Below, piece after piece: positions 37,130-45,850 of a stretch of 59,181 nt of DNA (positions are counted from its first letter, which is position 1; every line of letters begins with the position of its first letter). The notes beneath the pieces were generated by a model, which searched no databases, was not told the origin of the DNA, and worked only from the letters and a program-made list of their open reading frames with translations. The translations under genes and the position numbers were made by a program. The stretch lies in the NCBI GenBank assembly GCA_039933735.1, contig JBDTNM010000001.1:1-59181 (forward strand), written 5' to 3'. This DNA is from a bacterium (GTDB lineage: Bacteria; Chloroflexota; Dehalococcoidia; Tepidiformales; Tepidiformaceae).

Positions 37130-38344
37130 CTACCGAGCGATGCCGCCGTGATGCGAGCAGGTCCCGCTGCCGGAGGAATTGGACACCGAGCCGTCTCTGC
37201 ATTGAGTCGGCCCGCCACCGTTCCCGGGATACGGGATGGTCGGTCCGGTCGGGACAGAAGATCGGGTCGGTGTCCGTGTTGGCGAGGGCGCCAATGCCGC
37301 CCCTCCTGCGGAGCCACCGGCACTCCCGGACGACGCCGAGGAAGGAACGAGAATGACCGTCCCGGCGTAAAGCGCTTTCGTCGGCCCGGACAACCCGTTG
37401 GCTTCATAAAGCGCTCCCGGAGTTAGCCCGAACCTCGCCGCGATTCCTGTCCAGCTATCCCCCGAAACAATCGTATAGCTGCGCGTGGCGGCTCCAGCGA
37501 CCGTGGCGATCCGCACAACAGGTGTCGGCGTCGACGGGCGAGCGGTGCTGTACGTGGTGGGTGCTGGCTCAGCGGCACGCGCCGGTTCGTCGCGGGCCTC
37601 GTTAGAAACGTACACGCCGACGCCGATCGCCGCGGCGACACCGGCCCACGCCACCCCCTGGAACACGGGCTTCAGGCGCCGCCAAATCGGATGCGCTTTC
37701 TTAGTCACGACGATTGTCAGCACCTCTCCGTTGCGGAGGGGTAGGTCGAACGTCGCCTCAGATCTAGGCCCTGGTCGCTGAGCGGCCACGAATATCGCGC
37801 GCTTGAGCCGAAGAACTTCGGCCCGCACATCCGCCTCATCCTCTTCGTCCTTGCCCTTGACTTTGGCGACCACATCAGGTGTTAGAACGCCTTCGACGCC
37901 CGGGAACCCCTGCAGCCAATGTCCCCGTTGGCGCGTCAGCGTTGATTCATGCTCAGCGGTAACCTTAGCGAGTTCGTTCGGTTCGCTGATGCTGATTGTC
38001 CTTTGCGAGACGCGCTGTCCCGGTCGCCAGAGCAACCCACCGAGGGCTGTTCGGTCCTGGACAGAAAGGCGTGGCGCGACGATCTTCGCAACTTTCTCCC
38101 GCGTTGCCTGCGTCATCCTTCGGGTGCCCGATCGCCACTCCGCGTATGCCTGCTCCGCCGTGTTCGTCCCGAACTGGCGCTTCCAATCGGCAAAGGCACG
38201 AACCTGATCCGCTGAGTTGAATGCGAGGAACTTCGCGACAACGAAGTCGAAGGCTGGTTTCAGTTCACCGCCGTAATCGGCGGGAGATGACCACCCACGG
38301 TACGAATAGCTGCTTCGACGGTATCGGTATCGAGCCAATTCCAA
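37130..38344 (-). CDS. membrane protein with extracellular LysM and DUF3761-like domains
   Basis: ~240-aa cytoplasmic N-terminus, then TM (GVAWAGVAAAIGVGVYV). LysM: YTIVSGDSWTGIAARFGLTPGALYEANGL. C-terminal CRDGSVSNSSGSGTCSHHGGI is the DUF3761 motif. Confidence 0.7.
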   Translation of the reverse strand: MELARYRYRRSSYSYRGWSSPADYGGELKPAFDFVVAKFLAFNSADQVRAFADWKRQFGTNTAEQAYAEWRSGTRRMTQATREKVAKIVAPRLSVQDRTALGGLLWRPGQRVSQRTISISEPNELAKVTAEHESTLTRQRGHWLQGFPGVEGVLTPDVVAKVKGKDEEDEADVRAEVLRLKRAIFVAAQRPGPRSEATFDLPLRNGEVLTIVVTKKAHPIWRRLKPVFQGVAWAGVAAAIGVGVYVSNEARDEPARAAEPAPTTYSTARPSTPTPVVRIATVAGAATRSYTIVSGDSWTGIAARFGLTPGALYEANGLSGPTKALYAGTVILVPSSASSGSAGGSAGGAALAPSPTRTPTRSSVPTGPTIPYPGNGGGPTQCRDGSVSNSSGSGTCSHHGGIAR

Positions 38345-38796
38345 CGCTCCCCGCGATGCAACAGTCTAACATTACCCATATCGCCCGACCGGCCCCCAGG
38401 CAGTGCCGCCTTCCGCCATGGTCCGGGGCCCAATGTCCAAGGGTCGTTTCCGCCGCGCCCAGAGACTCGCCGCAACCTGAGCTCTCATCTCGGACGTACG
38501 GATGCAGTTGCTCGCTTAGCTGGCCGCGGCCTTCTTCTCCGCCTTCTTCGCCTTCGTGGTCCACCTTCGGCTTGTTGGTCTTTCGCGGCTTTTCTTGTCC
38601 CTTTGCCATCGAATTGCCTTCCAGCCGCACAACGGCGACGAACGTCTTTCAAACTAGCCACGCGCAAACCGTGTCGTCAGCGCAGCGAGATCTCCGCCCG
38701 ACCACCGTCCTGAGGAAAGGTCGGAGAGCCGGAAACGTCTGCAAGGTTGATTCTCCGGGCTGCCTTACTTCGCGTCGTGAATGTGTCGAGTTTGCA

Positions 38797-39573
38797 ATGA
38801 GCGCTATTCGTGCGGATGGCAAACTCCTACCATGGGCTAACCGACTTGGACTCGCGCCCAATACCAAGCGGCGGATTCCGGATCGGAGCGACTCAGTGAA
38901 AAGACCACGACTGTTGCAATCAGCCACTGCCCTGGCGGGTGTGTTTCTCGGTGTAACCGCTGTCGGATTCGCCGTCGCGGCAGACAATCCAGTCTCCGGA
39001 CAAGCCGCCCCTACGCTCCCGGTGCGAGCCAGGGCTCCGCAACTTGCCGCAGATAGTGCCTCAGGCAGCCAGGCGACAGCCACTAACACCGTGACGCTCA
39101 CTGCCGGTACTCCCTCCAGCACTCCTACATCAGGCACCCCGACCGTTTCTGCGACTCCGACAACTTCTGTTACACCCTCGGTGACGCCGACGCCCAGCAG
39201 TACGGCGACCATCACCCCAACTTCTTCGCCGACCCCCACCGCGACAGCGACCGCCACTGGCGGAGCCTGCGGCGGTGGCACGGCGACGATAACCGCTCTG
39301 GACAAGGTGGGAGAGGTGGTAACGTTGAATGCGTCCGGAAACCTCACCGGCTGGAAGTTGGTCAGCGTGGCTGGCAGCCAGACGTTTAATTTCCCTGACG
39401 GGTTCGTCGCCGGCGGAACGGTGCAGATCAAGTCGAATTCGCCGGTGTTCGCCAGCACGCCGTCCATGCTCTGGTGGTCCACCGCTAACTTGTGGAACAA
39501 CTCCTCGAATGACGACGCCCAGCTCTTCAATTGCAGCGGTCAGCTAGTGCAGACGTTCGACGATGGGGACTAA
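38797..39573 (+). CDS. secreted Thr/Pro/Ser-rich protein with C-terminal lamin-tail domain (LTD)
   Basis: ORF 38221..39573; ATG 38797 preferred. Signal/TM LLQSATALAGVFLGVTAVGFAVA, then a TPS-rich linker. LTD: ITALDKVGEVVTLNASGNLTGWKLVS...WNNSSNDDAQLFNCSGQLV. Confidence 0.7.
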   Translation: MSAIRADGKLLPWANRLGLAPNTKRRIPDRSDSVKRPRLLQSATALAGVFLGVTAVGFAVAADNPVSGQAAPTLPVRARAPQLAADSASGSQATATNTVTLTAGTPSSTPTSGTPTVSATPTTSVTPSVTPTPSSTATITPTSSPTPTATATATGGACGGGTATITALDKVGEVVTLNASGNLTGWKLVSVAGSQTFNFPDGFVAGGTVQIKSNSPVFASTPSMLWWSTANLWNNSSNDDAQLFNCSGQLVQTFDDGD

Positions 39574-39598
39574 GTGCCTTTTTTGATGCGGCAGTAGC

Positions 39599-40915
39599 GT
39601 GGGGCGGCACCCACTCCGCGTGCTGACAGCACTTCTCGGCGTAGCTTTGGGCGTCAGCGGCCTGCTAGCGTCGGCGCCTTCGGTCGCGTCCGAGAACCCT
39701 GCGCTCCCTTACCGCGTCCCTGTACCGATGATTGCGGCAGATGCTGCGAAGTCTTCGAATTCGTTCGCGATTGACTTCTTGGACGTGGGGCAGGGTGACG
39801 CAATTCTCGTGTCGGCGAACGGTCAGCGACTGCTCGTTGATGGCGGCCCGAGCCGCGACCGACTGCGCGACCGAGTTCAGTCGCTCGGCGTCACCGACAT
39901 TGATGCAATCCTTGTGACGAACCCAGACGCCGACCATATACGTGGCCTTATCGAAGCGTTTGCGCTTTTTCAGGTGGAGACCTTTTATGCCAGCGCATCT
40001 ACCAATCCGAGCGCGACTTACTCTGAACTTCTTGCCGCCGCCGCTTCGGAACCAGGCATCAAAATCGTGACCTTGAGCCGTGGAGCAACCGTTCCCCTTG
40101 GTGGACTTCAGTTGAACGTTCTTCATCCACAAACGATCAGTGGCGACCGCAACGACGACTCAATAGCGATGCGGCTCAGTTGCGGGAAAGTGGCGGTGCT
40201 CTTGATGGGTGATGCCACCACGACTTCCGAGGCGGAGATGATAAAAGCCGGGCTGATCGGCAAGGTGGACGTAGTGAAAGCGGGGCACCATGGTTCGCGG
40301 ACTTCCTCGGGGGATGCCTTCGTCAACGCGGCGAAGCCGTCATACGTCGTGTTCTCAGCGGGTCGGGACAATTCGTACGGCCATCCTCACCCGGAAGTGG
40401 TGGCGAGGTATCAGGCGGCTGGCGCGCAGGCGATCTACACCGATACAACGGCAGCGGACGACACCGTGGTCATGTCGTCGGACTGCTTGACGGTGACCTT
40501 CTCGAAGCCAACGCCAGGAAGCCCGCCGGTCACACCTATACCCACGGGACCAGCGCCTCCTGGAACCCCGCCGCCTGCTCCCAGCGCCACGGTCATTCCT
40601 GGCGGGGTGTGCGGGGGCGCGACAGCGACCATTGTTGGCGTGGACAAGGTAGGCGAGGTCGTCACGCTTTCGGCCTCTGGGAACCTCACGGGCTGGAGGT
40701 TGGTCAGCCTAACCGGGAGCCAATCCTTTGATTTCCCTTCCGGATTCGTGGCGACAGGAACGGTGCAGGTGAGGTCGGCGGTCCCGATCTTCGCCAACAC
40801 CGCGACGACGTTGTGGTGGTCAACGTCGAACGTCTGGAACAACTCGTCGAACGACGACGCAGCTCTTTACAACTGCGTCGGACAGCTGGTGCAGACCTTC
40901 GATGACGGTGAGTAA
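39599..40915 (+). CDS. secreted ComEC/Rec2-like metallo-beta-lactamase-fold hydrolase fused to a lamin-tail domain
   Basis: GTG start and signal peptide. FLDVGQGDAILV, LVTNPDADHIRG (HxHxDH-like), KAGHHGSRTS, SYGHPH. Pro-rich linker, then an LTD roughly 70 percent identical by eye to that of the preceding gene. Confidence 0.8.
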   Translation: MGRHPLRVLTALLGVALGVSGLLASAPSVASENPALPYRVPVPMIAADAAKSSNSFAIDFLDVGQGDAILVSANGQRLLVDGGPSRDRLRDRVQSLGVTDIDAILVTNPDADHIRGLIEAFALFQVETFYASASTNPSATYSELLAAAASEPGIKIVTLSRGATVPLGGLQLNVLHPQTISGDRNDDSIAMRLSCGKVAVLLMGDATTTSEAEMIKAGLIGKVDVVKAGHHGSRTSSGDAFVNAAKPSYVVFSAGRDNSYGHPHPEVVARYQAAGAQAIYTDTTAADDTVVMSSDCLTVTFSKPTPGSPPVTPIPTGPAPPGTPPPAPSATVIPGGVCGGATATIVGVDKVGEVVTLSASGNLTGWRLVSLTGSQSFDFPSGFVATGTVQVRSAVPIFANTATTLWWSTSNVWNNSSNDDAALYNCVGQLVQTFDDGE

Positions 40916-41153
40916 TGGACTGGACAAGGTCGACCAATCGGGAGCATCGTGGGCGGGCGAATCCAGGTTGAACCAGCTATCTGGCTGCGAGCGCACACGA
41001 ATCTCTCATCGTGTTTGTTGGCAGGCGAGAAGAACTTCCCCCGAAAGCTGTCGGGATCTTCATGGCACATTCAGGCTCGCACCCTACCCTGACGGCCCAA
41101 GCGGGGCGGACTCGATAGCTCCGCCCGGCGATCACCGACCTTAGGAGGACCCA

Positions 41154-42407
41154 ATGCAAAGCGCTCAGGCCGCAACGCCCGCTCGATTTGCCCTCTTGAA
41201 CAAGGTTCCTGAGGTCACGGTCTGGTTTTGGATAATCAAGATCCTGTGCACAACGGTCGGCGAGAGCTTCGCAGACTGGGTTAGCGTCGACCTGGGCGTC
41301 GGCCTCATCAACACGACTGTGATATTCACTGCGGGGCTCGCCGCAGTGCTCTTCTGGCAGCTGCGACTCCCGAGTTATCGGGCCACCGTCTACTGGCTCA
41401 CCGTCGTCGTTCTCAGCGTGACCGGGACACTCTACACAGACATTCTGACCGATAAGTACGGCGTCCCCCTCGCCCTCACCACTCCGTTGTTCGCGGGCCT
41501 CCTCGCGATAGTGTTCGCGACGTGGTACCAGCGAGAACGCACGCTTTCCATCCACAGCATCGTGTCGCGCCCACGCGAAGTGTTCTATTGGGTCGCGATC
41601 CTCGTCACCTTTGCGCTGGGTACAGCCGCTGGGGACTGGACGCTGGAGCTTACGGGCTGGTCCCCGGGCGTCTCCGTACTACTGCCCTCGTTCCTGATTC
41701 TCGCGATCGTTGCCGGCTGGCTACTCGGTGCCAATGCCGTCCTCTCGTTTTGGCTGGCGTACATCCTTACCCGACCACTCGGCGCGAATCTCGGCGACTA
41801 CTTCGCTTTGCCGAGAAGCGAAGGTGGCCTCGGCATCGGCACATTCGGTACCAGCGCGATCTTCCTCGCCGCCATTCTCGCAACGGTGATTTACCTTGTC
41901 CTCAAGCGTCCGGATGTCGCCCACGATGTCCCGCCGGACGAAAGTTCACCTGCACGGCGAATGGGTCGAGAGCGTCTGATGCTGGGCTACTACGGCACGG
42001 TGGCCACAGCCGCGCTCGGGGTCCTGATCGTCGCCAACCATCGGCCGCATACTTCGATTTCAGCTGAGGAAGACCCTGGCGGAGGCTCCGCGCAGACGGC
42101 CAAGCTAACAGCGCAACAGGCGACCGCCAGCTTCCCGCCTTCGGACATCGCGGAATTCCGGAAGATCAGCCAGGACACGATCGACCTGGTTCTCCAAGGA
42201 GACCAGGCTGGCGCAAAGGCACGGATCGCCGACCTTGAAAAGGCATGGGATCAGTCGGAAAACCGCCTCAAGCCACTTAACAAGACTTCGTGGAATTTCC
42301 TTGATGGCGAAATTGACGACGTTTTGAGCGCAGTCCGAAGTAACCATCCCGACCCCGTCAAAGAACAAAGTGCCCTGGGCACGTTGGTCGCGTCTTTGAC
42401 CCCCTAG
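41154..42407 (+). CDS. polytopic membrane protein (COG4705-like) with soluble C-terminal domain
   Basis: KVPEVTVWFWIIKILCTTVGESFADW and a second similar repeat (REVFYWVAILVTFALGTAAGDW), about 8 TM segments in all. The last ~110 aa are hydrophilic. Confidence 0.7.
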   Translation: MQSAQAATPARFALLNKVPEVTVWFWIIKILCTTVGESFADWVSVDLGVGLINTTVIFTAGLAAVLFWQLRLPSYRATVYWLTVVVLSVTGTLYTDILTDKYGVPLALTTPLFAGLLAIVFATWYQRERTLSIHSIVSRPREVFYWVAILVTFALGTAAGDWTLELTGWSPGVSVLLPSFLILAIVAGWLLGANAVLSFWLAYILTRPLGANLGDYFALPRSEGGLGIGTFGTSAIFLAAILATVIYLVLKRPDVAHDVPPDESSPARRMGRERLMLGYYGTVATAALGVLIVANHRPHTSISAEEDPGGGSAQTAKLTAQQATASFPPSDIAEFRKISQDTIDLVLQGDQAGAKARIADLEKAWDQSENRLKPLNKTSWNFLDGEIDDVLSAVRSNHPDPVKEQSALGTLVASLTP

Positions 42408-42509
42408 AAGTCTGGTTCAATTGGCTCCGCCCGTCGGCGCACACGAACCTCCGTTAGTGCGGGTTCGCCCCCGGCGAGGGACTGACAACGGGTCTTTGGA
42501 GCCTTTGGC

Positions 42510-42537
42510 CGGGGTTCGAATCCCTGCTCGGCAACCA
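42510..42537 (+). other. tRNA 3'-end-like fragment (T-arm, acceptor 3' strand, ACCA) without a foldable 5' half
   Basis: CGGGG-TTCGAAT-CCCTG forms a canonical T stem-loop, followed by CTCGGCA-A-CCA. I could not find the complementary TGCCGAG or D/anticodon arms in the ~100 nt upstream. Confidence 0.45.
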
Positions 42538-42673
42538 TGAGATTCAATTACGGTTGGAGGTCGTTACTGGCGGCGGGTGCAGACGATCGTGGCCGTCGTT
42601 CGCGACCATAGGGCCTCTGTCGCTGTTGCGGACTGGACAGGCGCTGTCCTCGTTCAGGACGGGCCGATTTTGG

Positions 42674-42904
42674 TCAGTGATGGACACCGCGGCCCATCGA
42701 CCGATGGTGGCCGAAAAGCATGGCGACCAACCCCACGATGCCGATCGTCAGTCCGATCGGCCAGCCGACGACCGGAATCAACAGGAAGAGCAGCACCACC
42801 GCCATGCAGCAGCCCATCATCATGGCCATCATGGCCATCATCGCGAATCCGTTCTTATTCCGCTCTGGGTTAGGCTGCCCGCCGTGGTTCTGATTCGTCG
42901 TCAC
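42674..42904 (-). CDS. small Met/Cys/His-rich membrane protein downstream of the copper ATPase
   Basis: MTTNQNHGG...FAMMAMMAMMMGCCMAVVLLFLLIPVVGWPIGLTIGIVGLVAMLFGHHRSMGRGVHH. Two TM segments. Same strand as the ATPase, 124 nt after it. Confidence 0.55.
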   Translation of the reverse strand: MTTNQNHGGQPNPERNKNGFAMMAMMAMMMGCCMAVVLLFLLIPVVGWPIGLTIGIVGLVAMLFGHHRSMGRGVHH

Positions 42905-43028
42905 GGTATTTCTCCTCTAGTGGTTCCTAACATCGGCCCTGCAGCATCCCGAAGTGGGGGCCAATTGGGTCTATTTCTTCGGGTCGTTCGGGCTGGCCCT
43001 TCGTTCGGAATGATAGGCAAGCAGCTAC

Positions 43029-45353
43029 TCACGACGCGACCGGCGCCAAGGTGTCCTTCCCAATTAACTCGAGTACCCGGCCTTCACGCTTTAGGAGAAC
43101 CGCGTTTGTCGCCACGATGATGGAGGAGACGGACATCAGGAGCGCCGCGATCTCCGGGCGAAGCTGTAGACCGATACTGGGATAGAGGATTCCCGCCGCG
43201 ACGGGAATGGCCAGGAGGTTGTAGATGGACGCCCAAAATAGATTTTGCTTCATCTTCCGGACTGTCGCCCGACTCAGGTCGATAGCTTTGAGAATGTCCG
43301 CAGGCTCGCTGCGCATCAACACGACCGAAGCGGTTTCGATGGCAACATCCGTGCCTGCGCCTATCGCGATGCCGATGTTGGCGGCTGCCAGCGCGGGCGC
43401 ATCGTTGATGCCGTCTCCGACCATTGCCACCCGCTTGCCTTCGCTTTGGAGCTTCTGCACGTAGGAAGCCTTCTCCTCGGGCTTTACGCCAGCAAAGACT
43501 CGGTCGATCCCAACCTGCACCGCTACCGCTTTGGCAGTCCCTTCGTTATCGCCTGTCAGTAGTGCTACTTCGATTCCCAGATCCTTGAGCCGAGCAACCG
43601 TCCGGGCGGCCGACGGTCGGATCACGTCCGCAACGGCAATCAAGCCGACAGGCTCACCACCGACGCTGACCGCGATCACGCTACGCCCCGCGCTACCTAG
43701 GGTGGAGGCTTCAACTTCGAAGTCCCCCAGAGGGACTGACTCCCGTCTCAGCAGGTCCAGGTTCCCCACCGCGACCCGCTGACCCTCTACTGTCCCGACG
43801 GTGCCATAGCCCGGGATATTCTCGGCGTCTTCGTAGGCGGGCAAATCGTGGATCCCCGCGTCGTGGGCGTGGGCAACTACTGCAGAGGCCAACGGATGGG
43901 ATGACGACGACTCCAGCGCAGCAGCGAACCGCAGCAGGTCACCCTCGCTCCGGCCAGCCGAGGTGTGGATGGATACAACCCTTGGCTTCCCCACCGTCAG
44001 AGTGCCCGTCTTGTCGAGAACAATGGCGGTGAGCGACGAGAGCCCTTCGAGGGTAGCCGCGTCCTTGATGAGGACCTTGTGGCGAGCGCCCAGGCCAGTG
44101 CCGACCGCAACCGCAGTTGGGGTTGCCAACCCGAGTGCATCCGGGCACGCGATAACGACCGCCGAGATCGCGAAGGTAAGGGCGGAGATGACGCTGACAT
44201 CGCCAATGAACAGCCATACTAGGAAGGTCACTAGGCCCGACCCGACGGCCACGATAACGAGAACTCCCGCCGCCCGATCAGCCAGTCGTTGAGCAGGCGC
44301 CTTCGACGCCTGTGCGGTCTGGACCAGGTTGATGATGCGTCCGAGGACCGTCTCGCTACCCGTACCCCTGGCCTCAACCAGCATCGATCCCTCCCCGTTG
44401 ACGCTCCCGGCGACCACCTCCGCTCCCACTTCCCTCTCCACAGGCAAAGACTCGCCCGAAACGAGTGATTCGTCTAACGAGCTTCGCCCTTCCCTGATCA
44501 GGCCATCAACTGGCACGCGCTGGCCGGGGCGCACTCGGACGATATCGCCGGGAACAATGGTCGCCGTGTCGACCTCGATCTCTTGGCCGCCCCGTACAAC
44601 GATCGCTTTCTCAGGGACGAGGTTGAGGAGTGCACGGAGGGCGTCGGTCGTGCCGCGCCGGCTTCGCATTTCCATCCAATGCCCGAAGAGAACGAAGGTG
44701 ATGAGCATCGCCGCCGCTTCGAAGAAGACATCTGTGCCGCCGCCGATGGTGATCCCGGCGCTGAATAGATATGCCGCGGCAACTCCCGTGGTGATGAGGA
44801 CGGACATGTCGAGCTTGCGGCCCAGCAAGGCGTAGTACGTGCCCTGGATGAAGACCCAACCCCCGTAAAGGACTACCGGAGTCGCGAAGAGGAAGGCCAT
44901 CCATTGCATGCCGATGCCAAAGGGAGTCGGCGGAACCCGACCGAAAAGAAAGTCGCCGAGGTCGGAGTACAGGATTACGGGAATGGTCAGGAGGAAGGAA
45001 ACAAGGAAGCGGTTGCGCATGTCCCGTTCCATGGCAGCAGCCATGCTCGGGTCGGACATCATCGAGGCGTGGTCGTGCCTCGTTCCCTTGTGGGCCGCCG
45101 CCACCATCGCATGCTCCAAATGCGGATTGCCTTCGGGTAGCGCTTTTCCGAGGGCTCTCGCCGTCTCGAAGGTCGGCTCTGACATCCCATAATGCATTCC
45201 GGACATATCGTGTCCTTCGTGCTGGTCGGGCCGACGTGTGGGTTGGGTGCTGGGCGCCGACCCTGGTCGGTCAGTCGCGTCGCCGGTCCGCATGTTCCGA
45301 GCGCCGATGGGAGTCTCTCCTGACGCGCCGCTGGGCTCCCGGTGATCGTCCAT
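43029..45353 (-). CDS. heavy-metal (copper-type) P1B ATPase with CPD instead of CPC/CPH and a His/Met-rich N-terminus
   Basis: SGESLPV, IACPDALGLATP, LDKTGTLT, GDGINDAPAL. TM7/8 signatures are N-x6-YN-x4-P and P-x6-M-xx-SS-x5-N. The N-terminal ~115 aa are rich in H and M and have no CxxC. Confidence 0.9.
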   Translation of the reverse strand: MDDHREPSGASGETPIGARNMRTGDATDRPGSAPSTQPTRRPDQHEGHDMSGMHYGMSEPTFETARALGKALPEGNPHLEHAMVAAAHKGTRHDHASMMSDPSMAAAMERDMRNRFLVSFLLTIPVILYSDLGDFLFGRVPPTPFGIGMQWMAFLFATPVVLYGGWVFIQGTYYALLGRKLDMSVLITTGVAAAYLFSAGITIGGGTDVFFEAAAMLITFVLFGHWMEMRSRRGTTDALRALLNLVPEKAIVVRGGQEIEVDTATIVPGDIVRVRPGQRVPVDGLIREGRSSLDESLVSGESLPVEREVGAEVVAGSVNGEGSMLVEARGTGSETVLGRIINLVQTAQASKAPAQRLADRAAGVLVIVAVGSGLVTFLVWLFIGDVSVISALTFAISAVVIACPDALGLATPTAVAVGTGLGARHKVLIKDAATLEGLSSLTAIVLDKTGTLTVGKPRVVSIHTSAGRSEGDLLRFAAALESSSSHPLASAVVAHAHDAGIHDLPAYEDAENIPGYGTVGTVEGQRVAVGNLDLLRRESVPLGDFEVEASTLGSAGRSVIAVSVGGEPVGLIAVADVIRPSAARTVARLKDLGIEVALLTGDNEGTAKAVAVQVGIDRVFAGVKPEEKASYVQKLQSEGKRVAMVGDGINDAPALAAANIGIAIGAGTDVAIETASVVLMRSEPADILKAIDLSRATVRKMKQNLFWASIYNLLAIPVAAGILYPSIGLQLRPEIAALLMSVSSIIVATNAVLLKREGRVLELIGKDTLAPVAS

Positions 45354-45403
45354 CTGACCCTCCGAAGTAAATACTCTTCCACTCTGTCACGTGAATCGTC
45401 GGA

Positions 45404-45420
45404 CTACTACCATGGGTCGT
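45404..45420. promoter_or_regulatory. candidate BlaI/CopY-type operator (TACTAC-N5-GTCGTA)
   Basis: Imperfect palindrome TACTACCATGGGTCGTA in the divergent intergenic region between the ATPase (start 45353) and the blaI/copY-like gene (start 45479). The same 17-mer recurs at 47032-47048 in the opposite orientation, 15/17 identical. Confidence 0.45.
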
Positions 45421-45478
45421 ACTTCACTACCGAGATGCCGAGCGCGAGCGCGTCAAAAGGGTGTCGTAGGATGGAGCC

Positions 45479-45850
45479 ATGGATTCGCTGAACTCGATGG
45501 GTGAACTGGAAGGCGCCGTGCTGGAGTCAATCTGGCAAAGCGGGGAACTCTCGACTCCGGCGGCGTTCGAGGCGATAGGCAAACCTCGGGGGTTGGCCTA
45601 CACCACGATTCTCACCGTCCTCCAGCGTCTCCATCGGAAGGGCCTCGTTGGTCGCCGGCCGGCGGGGCGAGGCCACATCTACTTTCCAGCGCTGAGCCGG
45701 GAAAAATTCTCCGAGGGACGCGGCGAGTCGCTGGCCTCGACATTCGTCGCACTCGGTCCAGCGGGCGTGGCGGCTTTCGTGGAAGCGACCGAGCGACTGG
45801 ATCCAGCAATGGTTGATCTTCTCCGCCAACGGTTGGACGAGCGGATATGA
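45479..45850 (+). CDS. BlaI/MecI/CopY-family transcriptional repressor
   Basis: GELEGAVLESIWQSGELSTPAAFEAIGKPRGLAYTTILTVLQRLHRKGLV is the Penicillinase_R winged helix. Length 123 aa. Confidence 0.85.
   Translation: MDSLNSMGELEGAVLESIWQSGELSTPAAFEAIGKPRGLAYTTILTVLQRLHRKGLVGRRPAGRGHIYFPALSREKFSEGRGESLASTFVALGPAGVAAFVEATERLDPAMVDLLRQRLDERI

Noticed and set aside
38265-38609. Minus-strand small ORF starting MAKGQEKPRKTNKPKVDHEGEE..., with GGAAGG upstream.
   Set aside because: The SD and the basic N-terminus are suggestive. However, the ORF overlaps the LysM-gene start by ~80 nt and its second half looks non-coding. Only a much shorter peptide might be real, so it was not called as a feature.
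38221-38796. Upstream 192 codons of ORF 38221..39573.
   Set aside because: The composition is Arg/Ser/Pro-rich and non-protein-like, and the stretch overlaps the LysM gene start on the other strand. A signal-peptide-bearing start at ATG 38797 is more plausible.
42421-42540. A complete tRNA or tmRNA gene.
   Set aside because: Only the T-arm, acceptor 3' strand and CCA can be folded by hand. There is no complementary 5' acceptor strand, and the acceptor end CTCGGCA-A-CCA has no G3:U70-type tmRNA/Ala identity. It is reported only as a fragment.
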